Shown piece by piece: positions 22,813 to 31,844 of a DNA stretch of 64,000 nt. The notes under the pieces are model-generated. The model ran no database searches. It was not told the DNA's origin and saw only the letters and a list, made by a program, of their open reading frames with translations. Origin of the DNA: Polyangiales bacterium. GTDB taxonomy: Bacteria; Myxococcota_A; Polyangia; Polyangiales; JADJQN01. Where the stretch lies: NCBI GenBank assembly GCA_964202905.1, contig CAXNJO010000005.1, positions 64,001 through 128,000 on the forward strand, written 5' to 3'. Made by a program: the position numbers and the translations under genes. Numbering within the stretch: position 1 is the stretch's first letter; each line of letters starts with the position of its first letter.

Positions 22813-25196
22813 CGCGGCACGCACTGGCCGGAGACCGCGTCGCAGCGGAGCGACGCGTCGATCATCGCGCAGAAGGGGTCACCGCCGACGAAGTTGCAGC
22901 GCGGCCCGCAGACGCTCGCCGTGCGCGTCCAGCAAACCTGCTCGAGGCTGCCGACACCCGCGCACTGCGCGTCGCCCGTGCACGCGCACGTGAAGAGGTC
23001 GACGTTGCCGTCGCCGTCGTCGTCGAGCCCGTTGCAACACTCGGTGCCCGGGCCGAAGGGCGTGCACCCGTCGTCGGCGCAGTCGAGCGCCGTGTCGCAG
23101 TCGTCGTCGCGCCCGTTCGTGCAGAGCGCGATCGTCGTCTCGACCCGCGCGGTGCGCATGCACATCGCGCCATCCACCGCGCCCCCATCGGAGGCACCGC
23201 CGTCGATGCCACCGCCATCGAAGCCCCCGCCGTCCACGCCCGCGTCGGGCACGCCCGCGTCGACGGTGAGGCCGCACGCGGGGTCGCGCGCGCAGTCCGG
23301 GTCGGCGCAGTCGAAGAGGCCGTCGCAGTCGTCGTCGCGCATGTCGAGGCACACCGTCTCGGCGGCGGCGCACACGCGGCACGCGGGATCCGCGGTGCAC
23401 GCGTCGTCGGCGCAGTCGATGCGCGCGTCGCAGTCGTCGTCGAAGCCGTCCGCGCAGCGCGTCTCCGTGGGCTCGCAGAGGTTGCACGAGGCGTCGGTCG
23501 CGCAGACGGGGTCGTCGCAGTCGACGAGGCCGTCGCAGTTCTCGTCGAAGCCCGTGTTGCAGAGCTCCGTCGGCAGGCAGAGTCGGCACAGCGGGTTCGC
23601 CGTGCAGTCGGGATCGCGGCAGTCGAGCAGCCCGTCGCAGTCGTTGTCGCGGCCGTCGCGACACGCCTCGGCGACGCAGCCCGGCCCGCACGAAGGCTCG
23701 GCCGCGCAGCGCGGGTCGTCGCAGTCGGCGAGCCCGTTGCAGTCGTCGTCGATGCCGGTGCCGCACAACTCGATCGGCAGGCATGCGCGGCAGAGCGGGT
23801 TGCCGGCGCAGCCATCGTCGTCGCAGTCCGTCGCGCCGTCGCAGTCGTTGTCGCGACCGTCGCGACAGATCTCGGTCGGCGCGCAGACCAGACACACCGG
23901 ATCGCGGCTGCAGTCGCTGTCGTCGCAGTCGGCCGCGCCGTCGCAGTCGTTGTCACGACCGTCGCGGCAGACCTCGCGCGTACACGTCGCGCACGCCGGA
24001 TCGGCCGTGCAATCCGTGTCGCTGCAGTCGGTGCGGCCGTCGCAGTCGTCGTCGAGCGCGTTCGTGCAGGACTCCGCGACGCACACGCGGCAGGCCGGAT
24101 CGAGCGCGCAGTCCGCGTCCGCGCAATCCACCGCGCCGTCGCAGTCTTCGTCCGCGCCGCCCGTGCAGCGCTCGGCCGTGCACACCGCGCACGCCGGGTC
24201 CGACGCGCAGTCCGTGTCCGCGCAATCCACCGCGCCGTCGCAGTCCTCGTCCGCGCCGTCGCCGCACGACGTCTCGCGCGGCGCGCACGTCCCGCAGCGC
24301 GGGTCCGACGCGCAGTCCGTGTCGCCGCAATCCGTCGCGCGGTCGCAGTCGTTGTCGACGCGGTCGTTGCACGACTCGGGGAAACCAGGCGCGACCGCCG
24401 GGTTCGCGTCGTCGCAGTCGGTGCCGCCGCACGCCGCGTCGAACGCGCCGTCGCGGTCGGCGTCGACCGCGGTCGCGACGCAGGCGCGCGTCGTCTCGTC
24501 GCAGCGATCGGTCGTGCACGCGCGGCCGTCGTCACAGACACGTGGCGCCCCGGCGACGCAGCCCGTCATCACGCTGCACGCCTCGGCGCCGTTGCAGAAG
24601 ACTCCGTCGTCGCAGCGCGCGTCGACCGCCATGCCGACGCAGCCGCCCGCGGCCTCGTCGCAGGCGTCGAGCGTGCAGTCGAACGGGTCGCCGCAGATCG
24701 GCGCGAGCCCGGCGACGCAGACGCCGCCCACGCACTGCTCGATGCCGTTGCAGAAGAGGCCGTCCTGGCACTCGTCCGCCGAGCGGCAGCCCGTCGCGCC
24801 GACGCACCCGAGCGCGGCGTCGCAGACCTCGCCATCCTCGCAGCGCGCCGAGTCGGGGAGCGACTGGCACGCGCCCACGCTCTCGACGCAGGCGTCGAGC
24901 GTGCACGCGACGCCGTCGTCGCACGCGGGGTCGGTGCCCGGCACGCACACGCCTTCGGCACACACCTCGAGGCCGTTGCAGAAGAGTCCGTCGTCGCAGT
25001 CGACGTCCGCCGCGCACACACCCGCGTCGAGCGCGGCGTCCACGCGCGCGTCGACGTCGCCGTCGGCGAGCGGGACGTCCGCGTCGGTGAACATGTCGAG
25101 CTCGGTGCGACCGCACGCGGCGAGCGCGCCAGCGACGAGGAGCGAGAGCGCGAGACGCGCGACGGCGGAGGAGCGGGAAGTGAAGCGTGAAGACAT
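22809..25196 (-). CDS. Cys/Asp-rich myxobacterial surface lipoprotein (about 11 DNDCDG-xx-DC-x-DxDC modules plus CDDGLFCNG-type repeats)
   Basis: MSSRFTSRSS…LAAC lipobox; repeated modules visible in ORF 22809..26024. Confidence 0.85.
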   Translation of the reverse strand: MSSRFTSRSSAVARLALSLLVAGALAACGRTELDMFTDADVPLADGDVDARVDAALDAGVCAADVDCDDGLFCNGLEVCAEGVCVPGTDPACDDGVACTLDACVESVGACQSLPDSARCEDGEVCDAALGCVGATGCRSADECQDGLFCNGIEQCVGGVCVAGLAPICGDPFDCTLDACDEAAGGCVGMAVDARCDDGVFCNGAEACSVMTGCVAGAPRVCDDGRACTTDRCDETTRACVATAVDADRDGAFDAACGGTDCDDANPAVAPGFPESCNDRVDNDCDRATDCGDTDCASDPRCGTCAPRETSCGDGADEDCDGAVDCADTDCASDPACAVCTAERCTGGADEDCDGAVDCADADCALDPACRVCVAESCTNALDDDCDGRTDCSDTDCTADPACATCTREVCRDGRDNDCDGAADCDDSDCSRDPVCLVCAPTEICRDGRDNDCDGATDCDDDGCAGNPLCRACLPIELCGTGIDDDCNGLADCDDPRCAAEPSCGPGCVAEACRDGRDNDCDGLLDCRDPDCTANPLCRLCLPTELCNTGFDENCDGLVDCDDPVCATDASCNLCEPTETRCADGFDDDCDARIDCADDACTADPACRVCAAAETVCLDMRDDDCDGLFDCADPDCARDPACGLTVDAGVPDAGVDGGGFDGGGIDGGASDGGAVDGAMCMRTARVETTIALCTNGRDDDCDTALDCADDGCTPFGPGTECCNGLDDDGDGNVDLFTCACTGDAQCAGVGSLEQVCWTRTASVCGPRCNFVGGDPFCAMIDASLRCDAVSGQCVPR

Positions 25197-25356
25197 GGCG
25201 AGACCCCGTGAAGCCGCGGCGCCGCGGGGCGCGCGTGTCGCCGAGCCTAGCAGACGGCGCGGCGAGCCCCGTTTTTGCAGGGTTTCCGTGCGTCGAGGGG
25301 CCGCGCGCAGACGCGTTTCTTCACCCGCCACGCGGAGGCACCCTACGATCGCGCCG

Positions 25357-26656
25357 ATGCGACCCCTGCGACCTGCGGCCGCGCTGCTCGCGGCGCTCCT
25401 CTTCGCCGCGCTGCTCCCGCACGGCGACGCCGGGGCACAGAACCGGCCGCGCGCCGCCCGCCGCCCCTCGCCGCGCACCCGCATCGCCGCGCTCGAGCGC
25501 GTGCTCGGCGAGACCCAGACCCGCACCGACGCGGCGACCGCGAGCGCCGCAGCGGCGCAGACCCGCGCAGAGCGCGCCGAGCGACGCGCGGCCGACGCCA
25601 CCGCACGCGCAGAGCGCGCAGAGCGCGGCCTCGCGGAGGCCACGACACGCGCCGAGCGGGCCGAGCAGCGCGCCACCGACGCCACCGCGCGCGTCGGGCG
25701 CGCCGAGCGACGCGCCACCGACGCCGCCGGCGCGCGTCGGGCGCGCCGAGCAACGCGCCACCGACGCCAACACCCGCGCAGAGCGCGCCGAGCAACGCGC
25801 CACCGACGCCAACACCCGCGCAGAGCGCGCGGAACGACGCGTCGCGGACCTCGAGGTCGCCCGCGTCGCGCAGGAAGACGCCGACCCGGCACTGGGGGCG
25901 GAGCCCCCCAGCGATGCGCCGCCCGACGCCGCGACCGAGGCGCGCGTTGCAGCCGCGGTCGACCCGCGCCCCCAGCCAGCGAACGACGCGCGACCACAGC
26001 CCGTGACCGACGCGCGACCGCCACCGCCCGCCGGCACGCCCGGTCCCGCGCTCCCCGTCGGGCGCGCGCTCGCGGCGCTCAGCGGCGATGCCTGCCTCGC
26101 GGCGCTGCGTGCGCACGAGGTCGACTTCGCGCGGGTCGCGGACGCGGACGCGCCGGGCGTGCCGACCCCGGTGCGCCTCCGCGGACCGATCGGCGGCGTC
26201 CGCGTCGGGCCGCGCACCGACCCCGCCAGCTCCCCGCACGCGATCCTCGATTGCCGGCTCGCGCTCGCGCTCCTCGCCTGGGCGCCGGCGCTGCGGGCCG
26301 CCGACGTGGTCGCGCTCGAGCACTACAGCGCCTTTCGCGCGAACGCGCGCGTGGGCGGACGCGGCCCGACGAGCGGCCACGCCAGCGGCCTCGCGCTCGA
26401 TGCGGCGCGCTTTCACCTCGCCGGCGGCGAGGTGGCCGAGGTCCTCGTCGACTGGACGGAGCGCACGCGCGGCGTCGATCCGTGCACCCCGCGCGACGAC
26501 GAGCCGGCCCGCGCGCGGCTCCTGCGCGGCGTCGTCTGCGAGGCCGTGCGCAGCGACCTCTTCCAGATCGTGCTCACCCCGCACCACGACGTCGCGCACC
26601 ACAACCACGTGCACCTCGAGCTGCGGCCCGGGGTCGACTGGACCTACGTGCGCTGA
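25357..26656 (+). CDS. Secreted extensin-like C-terminal domain protein with a 14-aa coiled-coil repeat (frameshift at about 25728)
   Basis: Signal peptide; RAERAEQRATDANT repeats; SGHASGLALD and LTP…HHNHVHLEL motifs (LAS/M15-like Hx6D…HxH). Confidence 0.75.
25561..25845 (+). repeat. Coding 42-bp tandem repeat, about 7 copies
   Basis: Units like cgcgcagagcgcgccgagcaacgcgccaccgacgccaacacc. Confidence 0.8.
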
Positions 26657-26724
26657 CGTCGCGGAGCGTCCGCGACGGCGGGAACAACCCCGCATCCCGC
26701 GCGTTTTCCGGCCCGCGGGCGTTC

Positions 26725-26752
26725 TTGACTCCCGGAGGGCCGCGGCTACAGT
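26725..26752 (+). promoter_or_regulatory. Putative sigma70-type promoter of the gld-type ABC operon
   Basis: TTGACT-16 nt-TACAGT in the intergenic region. Confidence 0.45.
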
Positions 26753-26864
26753 CGCCGCCCGCCGGGGGGTGATTGACGACCCTCCCCGACGACCCACGAC
26801 TTCCGCCGGCCACTCCGGGCCGCGCGGCGGTCCGAGACGAATCCGCAGTGCAGAGAGGCTTCGC

Positions 26865-27899
26865 ATGAGCGATGTGATGATCGAAGCCCGCGGCCTGACG
26901 AAGACCTACGGCGCCGTCCGCGCCATCGACAAGGTCAGCTTCCAGGTCCGCAAGGGCGAAGTGCTCGGCTTCCTCGGCCCCAACGGCGCCGGGAAGACGA
27001 CGACGATGAAGATCCTGACGTGCTTCACCGCGCCGACGGAGGGCACGGCCACCGTGAACGGCGCCGACGTCTGGGAGGACAGCCTCGCCGTCCGCCGCGC
27101 CATCGGCTACCTGCCGGAGAGCACGCCGCTCTACACCGAGATGATGGTGCTCGAGTACCTCGAGTTCGTCGCGCGGATGCGCGGCCTCAAGGGCCCCGAC
27201 GCGCGCAAGGCGCTCAAGCGCGCCGTCGAGGAGACGGGCATCGGCGACATGCTCGCCCGCACCATCCGCGAGCTCTCGAAGGGCTACAAGCAGCGCGTCG
27301 GCCTCGCGCAGGCGCTCGTGCACACGCCCCCGGTCCTCATCCTCGACGAGCCGATGAGCGGCCTCGACCCGAACCAGGCGATCGAGATCCGCGACCTCAT
27401 CACCTCGATCGGCAAGGAGCGCACGGTCGTCCTCTCGACGCACAACCTCGCCGAGGTACAGGTCTCCTGCGACCGCGTCCTCATCATCTCGAAGGGCCGC
27501 ATCGTCGCCGACGACACGCCCGACGCGCTCGTCGCGACGGCGGGCAAGGCGCGCTTCGTCGTCGACGTGAAGAAGAACGACAAGACCGAGGGCGAGGTCC
27601 GCGAGCTGCTCGGCCGCGTGAAGGGCGTCGACCGCGTTCGCCCGGTGGACGTCGGCCGCGACGAGCTCGGCTTCGAGGTCATCCCGAGCGGCGACGACGA
27701 CCTCCGCGCCCCGCTGTTCCAGGCGGCCGTCGAGGGCGGGCTCGTGCTGCTCGGGCTGCGGCGCGAGGGTCAGAACCTCGAGTCCATCTTCCGCGGGCTG
27801 ACCACGGGCGCGGCGCCCGGGCGCCCCGAGCCGCGCGCCACCGCGCCTGCGGCCGACGACCACGACGACGCCCCGACCGACTCGGCGAAGGAGGCCTGA
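26865..27899 (+). CDS. GldA-like ABC transporter ATP-binding protein
   Basis: GPNGAGKT, IGYLPE, LSKGYKQRVGLAQA, LDEPMSGLDPNQ. Confidence 0.92.
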   Translation: MSDVMIEARGLTKTYGAVRAIDKVSFQVRKGEVLGFLGPNGAGKTTTMKILTCFTAPTEGTATVNGADVWEDSLAVRRAIGYLPESTPLYTEMMVLEYLEFVARMRGLKGPDARKALKRAVEETGIGDMLARTIRELSKGYKQRVGLAQALVHTPPVLILDEPMSGLDPNQAIEIRDLITSIGKERTVVLSTHNLAEVQVSCDRVLIISKGRIVADDTPDALVATAGKARFVVDVKKNDKTEGEVRELLGRVKGVDRVRPVDVGRDELGFEVIPSGDDDLRAPLFQAAVEGGLVLLGLRREGQNLESIFRGLTTGAAPGRPEPRATAPAADDHDDAPTDSAKEA

Positions 27900-27900
27900 C

Positions 27901-28617
27901 GTGCAGACGCTCAACATCGCGCGGCGCCAGTTCGCCAGCTATTTCAACGGCCCCGCGGCCTACATCGTCATCGCGCTCGTGCTCACGCTGACGGGCTTCC
28001 TCTTCTTCTACATCCCGGGCGCGTTCTTCCTCACGGGCCGCGCCTCGCTGCGCACGCTCTTCCAGATGATGCCGTTCACGCTGATGTTCGCGTGCCCGGC
28101 GCTCACGATGGGCCTGCTCGCCGAGGAGAAGCGCAACGGCACGCTCGAGCTCCTCATCACGATGCCCGTGCGCGAGTGGGAGGTCATCGTCGGCAAGTAC
28201 CTCGCCTCGGTGGGCCTGCTCGCGGTGACGTTCGCCCTCACGTTGCCCTACCCGCTCATGGTCTCGTCGCTCGGCAACCTCGACTGGGGCCAGGTCTGGA
28301 CGGGCTACGTCGGGCTCCTGCTCGAGGGGTCGGCGCTGCTCGCCATCGGCATGATGGCGTCGGCCTTCACCGACAACCAGCTCATCGCGTTCTTCGTCGC
28401 GGGCATCCTCGCGTTCGCGTTCGTGATCGTCGGCTACGCGACGCCCTTCTTCCCGGCGGGCCTCGCGAGCGTCGTCGAGCAGCTCTCCTTCAGCTTCCAC
28501 TTCGAGTCGATGGCGCGCGGCGTCGTCGACACGAAGGACCTCGTGTTCTTCTCCTCGGTGATCTTCTTCCCTCTCGCGATCGCGTTCCGCGCCCTCGAGA
28601 GCCGGCGGTGGAAGTGA
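27901..28617 (+). CDS. GldF-like ABC permease
   Basis: SYFNGPAAY, LAEEKRNGTLELLITMPV, TDNQLIAF, ARGVVDTKD. Confidence 0.9.
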   Translation: MQTLNIARRQFASYFNGPAAYIVIALVLTLTGFLFFYIPGAFFLTGRASLRTLFQMMPFTLMFACPALTMGLLAEEKRNGTLELLITMPVREWEVIVGKYLASVGLLAVTFALTLPYPLMVSSLGNLDWGQVWTGYVGLLLEGSALLAIGMMASAFTDNQLIAFFVAGILAFAFVIVGYATPFFPAGLASVVEQLSFSFHFESMARGVVDTKDLVFFSSVIFFPLAIAFRALESRRWK

Positions 28618-28619
28618 CC

Positions 28620-30425
28620 ATGTCGACGACCCAGTCCCCGAACGAGCAGCAGCCCTCCGGCAAGGACGTCGCGACGCCCCCCGCGAAGCGCGGCGGCGGC
28701 AACAAGCGCGCGGGCGCAGCGGCCGAGTCGCTCGCCTTCCTCGCGATCACCGCGGGCGTGCTCGTGCTCCTCAACGTGCTCGGCTTCTTCGGCGCGAGCG
28801 CGCGCGTCGATCTCACGAGCAAGCGCCTCTACTCGCTCTCCTCGGGGAGCAAGCGGCTCGTCGGGAGCCTCACCGACGACATGGAGATCACCGCGTATTT
28901 CACGAGTGATCTGCCCCCGCAGTTCAAGGCGACGGAGGTCGCGGCGCGCGACCTGCTCCGCGAGTACGAGGCGGCGTCGAGGGGCCACGTCACCGTGCGC
29001 TTCGTCAACCCGGACACCGACGAAGAGCGCGAGGCCGCCGAGCGCGACGGCGTCCAAAAGGTCAGCCACCAGGTCATCGAGAACGACTCGGTGAACGTGC
29101 GCGAGGGCTACCGCGGCCTCGTCGTGAGGTTCCTCGGCGAGACCAAGACCATCCCCGTCATCGAGGATCCGTCCGGTCTCGAATACCGCATCACCACGCT
29201 CATCAAGGAGCTGGTCGGCGAGAAGACGAAGATCGGCGTCGTGAGCGGCAAGGGCGGCCCGACGCTCGCCGAAGGCCTCTCGGGCCTGAAGGAAGCGCTC
29301 CCGACGTACGAGGTCGTCGAGGTACCGCTCACCGCGGCCATCCCGACCGACCTCCGCGCGCTCCTCATCGTCGCGCCCGAGCAGGAGATCACCGACGAAG
29401 AGGCCCACCGCATCGACGCCTACGTCATGCAGGGCGGCTCGCTCGGCGTCTTCGGCGGTTCGACGAAGATCGACCCGAACGGCCAGGAGATGACCGCGAC
29501 CACGGTGAACAGCGGCCTCAACCGCCTGCTCGAGCCGTGGGGTCTGCGCCTCGAGTCGAACATCGTCGCCGACACGCAGTGCGGCCGCGCGCCGATGCAG
29601 ACGCAGCTCGGCATCCCGATGCTGGTGCCCTTCCCGCCGGTGCCGATCGTCTCCTTCGACGAAGAGGTCACCGAGAACCCCGTCCTCTTCCGCCTCGATC
29701 AGGTCGTGATGCCCTTCGCCTCGAGCATCACGCTCAACGGGCGGCTGCGCAGCGACCGCGAGGTGAAGACGATCGCCCTCGCGAAGTCGACGGATCAGGC
29801 CTGGTCGCTCACGGGCGAGTCGATCAGCGTCCGCCCGCGCAACCCGCGTGAGTGGGCGCCCTCGGGCCGCCAGCAGCGCTTCCCGCTCATCGCGAGCCTC
29901 GAGGGCAAGCTGCCGAGCGCCTTCGCCGCGGGCGCGGTCAGCTCGGGCGCCGCCGCCACGCCGCCGACCGGCCCGTCGCGCGCGACCCGCACCGCGCGCG
30001 TGCTCGTCGTCGGCACCGCCGCCGTGCTCCGCGACGAGTTCCTCCCGCGCCCCGGCCGCGACGGCACGCGCGACCTCACGAGCGCGCTCGCGCTCGCGCT
30101 GAACGCCGTCGACTGGCTCGCGCAGGACTCCGACCTCATCGCGATCCGCGCGAAGAACGTCGAGGACCCGGCCCTCAAGGTCCCGCAGAACGTGCTCGCC
30201 GCCGACAACGAGGCGCGCGCCGCCATCGAGGAAGCGCAGCAGACCGGTGACGACGCCGCCGCCCGCCGCGCCCTCGAGAAGCGCAAGGAGGCCGCCGCCG
30301 AGTGGGAGAGCAAGAAGTCGCTCATCTCGCTCGGGCTCATCGTCGGCCTCCCGCTGGCCGTCGCGCTCGCCGGCCTCATCCGCTGGCAGCTCCGCAAGCG
30401 CAAGAAGGCGACCCTCTCGCTCTGA
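28620..30425 (+). CDS. GldG family ABC auxiliary protein
   Basis: RVDLTSKRLYSLS, LLREYE, LEYRIT, NAVDWL…IR; N- and C-terminal TM helices. Confidence 0.9.
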   Translation: MSTTQSPNEQQPSGKDVATPPAKRGGGNKRAGAAAESLAFLAITAGVLVLLNVLGFFGASARVDLTSKRLYSLSSGSKRLVGSLTDDMEITAYFTSDLPPQFKATEVAARDLLREYEAASRGHVTVRFVNPDTDEEREAAERDGVQKVSHQVIENDSVNVREGYRGLVVRFLGETKTIPVIEDPSGLEYRITTLIKELVGEKTKIGVVSGKGGPTLAEGLSGLKEALPTYEVVEVPLTAAIPTDLRALLIVAPEQEITDEEAHRIDAYVMQGGSLGVFGGSTKIDPNGQEMTATTVNSGLNRLLEPWGLRLESNIVADTQCGRAPMQTQLGIPMLVPFPPVPIVSFDEEVTENPVLFRLDQVVMPFASSITLNGRLRSDREVKTIALAKSTDQAWSLTGESISVRPRNPREWAPSGRQQRFPLIASLEGKLPSAFAAGAVSSGAAATPPTGPSRATRTARVLVVGTAAVLRDEFLPRPGRDGTRDLTSALALALNAVDWLAQDSDLIAIRAKNVEDPALKVPQNVLAADNEARAAIEEAQQTGDDAAARRALEKRKEAAAEWESKKSLISLGLIVGLPLAVALAGLIRWQLRKRKKATLSL

Positions 30426-30503
30426 CGCGGCGGCCCGGGCGCGCCAGCGTCGCCCCGGGCGCCACGGCAGACCCCGACCCCACGCTCGCGAACGAGGCCT
30501 TTC

Positions 30504-31655
30504 ATGAACTGGCAGAAGAACCGTCTCTGGATCGGCGCGCTCGTGTTCGCCGCCCTGCTCGGCGTCTCCATCGTCGTCATCAAGCAGCGCGGCCGGGAAG
30601 GCGGCGCGGCCCCCGCGAGCGCGCCCGGCGCCGACGCGCTCCCCGAGATCGACCGCAACGAGCTCGACGCGCTCGAGATCCGGCGCCCCGCGCTGCCCCC
30701 GATCCGCCTCGCGAAGACGGCCGCGGGCTGGCGGCTCGCGGCGCCGCTCGACGCGCCGATCGACATGACCACGCTGAACGCCGTGCTCGACAAGCTCGAC
30801 ACGCTCGAGATCACGGGCGTCGCGGCGAACAACCGCGCGAACCACGCGCGCCTCGAGGTCACCCCCGAGACGGGCATCCGCGTGCTCGCGATGAAGGGCA
30901 CGACCACCGTCGCCGACCTCTGGATCGGCGCATTCCGCGGGGGCTCGACGATGGTGCGCGTCGAGGGCCGAGACCGCGTCCACGCGGTCGAGGGCTCGAT
31001 CAAGTACGCGTTCAACAAGGACGTGAAGGAGTGGCGTGACCGCGAGATCACCGACGTCGAGCCGAACGACGTCGTCGCGATCCGCTTCGCCGGCCCCAAG
31101 GGCAGCTTCTCGTTCACGAAGAACGGCGACGACTGGGCGGTCGACCCGGGGAGCGCGCCGCTCGCGCGCTTCGCGCCCTCGAAGCTCGTCGGCCTCGTGC
31201 AGAGCGCCGCGCGCCTCCGCGCGACGGACTTCGCGGCCGAGAACGCGACGGCCGACCAGCTCGGCTTCGACGCGCCGGAGGCCACGACGATCACCTTCCG
31301 CACCGCCGGCGAGGCGGGCACGCAGGAGTTCGCGCTGCAGCTCGGCAAGGCGTCGGCCTCGGGCGACCGCGAGTTCTTCGCGCGGCGCGTCGGGGTCGAG
31401 ACGGCCTACGTCGTCTCGAGCTACCTCGCGAACCGCCTCGCGCCCGATGAGGAGGCGCTCTCGACCCCGGCCGACGGTGGCGCAGCGCCCGCCGCCCCGG
31501 AGCCCCCCGCGGGCTTGGGCGGGATGGGGATGCCCGGCGGCGGCATGCCCGGCGGCGGCATGCCCGGCGCAGGCCAGCTCCCGCCCGAGCTCATGCAGCA
31601 GATCCAGCAGCAGCTCCGCCAGCAGCAGGCACAGCAGGCCGCCGGCGGCCACTGA
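30504..31655 (+). CDS. DUF4340 domain protein with a GMPGG/poly-Q tail
   Basis: N-terminal TM, two internal repeats, EWRDREI; occupies the usual fourth position in GldA/F/G clusters. Confidence 0.8.
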   Translation: MNWQKNRLWIGALVFAALLGVSIVVIKQRGREGGAAPASAPGADALPEIDRNELDALEIRRPALPPIRLAKTAAGWRLAAPLDAPIDMTTLNAVLDKLDTLEITGVAANNRANHARLEVTPETGIRVLAMKGTTTVADLWIGAFRGGSTMVRVEGRDRVHAVEGSIKYAFNKDVKEWRDREITDVEPNDVVAIRFAGPKGSFSFTKNGDDWAVDPGSAPLARFAPSKLVGLVQSAARLRATDFAAENATADQLGFDAPEATTITFRTAGEAGTQEFALQLGKASASGDREFFARRVGVETAYVVSSYLANRLAPDEEALSTPADGGAAPAAPEPPAGLGGMGMPGGGMPGGGMPGAGQLPPELMQQIQQQLRQQQAQQAAGGH

Positions 31656-31744
31656 CGGCGCGACCCGCGCGACCTCGTCGAGCGGGTCCCCGGCGGCCAC
31701 GCCGGGCGACGGCGCGCGCCGTGGCCCGCGCCGCTGGCGCCTGG

Positions 31745-31844
31745 GGCCGCGCAGCGCGCGCGTGCGTGAGGCCGCGCAGCGCGCGCGTGCGTGAGGCCGC
31801 TCAGCGCGCGCGTGCGTGAGGCCGCTCAGCGCGCGGGCGCGTGA
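31745..31844. repeat. 25-bp tandem repeat, 4 copies, between convergent genes
   Basis: ggccgc(g/t)cagcgcgcgcgtgcgtga at 31745, 31770, 31795 and 31820; the last copy contains the GGDEF gene stop. Confidence 0.9.

Noticed and set aside
22809..25196. Cys-rich repeat lipoprotein as a novel system
   Set aside because: A common myxobacterial protein type; its repeats are evenly diverged, without the scaffold-versus-loop contrast of the FG-GAP gene.
26865..31655. Gld-type ABC cluster as gliding motility machinery
   Set aside because: This four-gene ABC module is widespread, and the family name alone does not imply a motility role here.
31745..31844. 25-bp repeats as a mini-CRISPR
   Set aside because: The copies are directly adjacent with no spacers.
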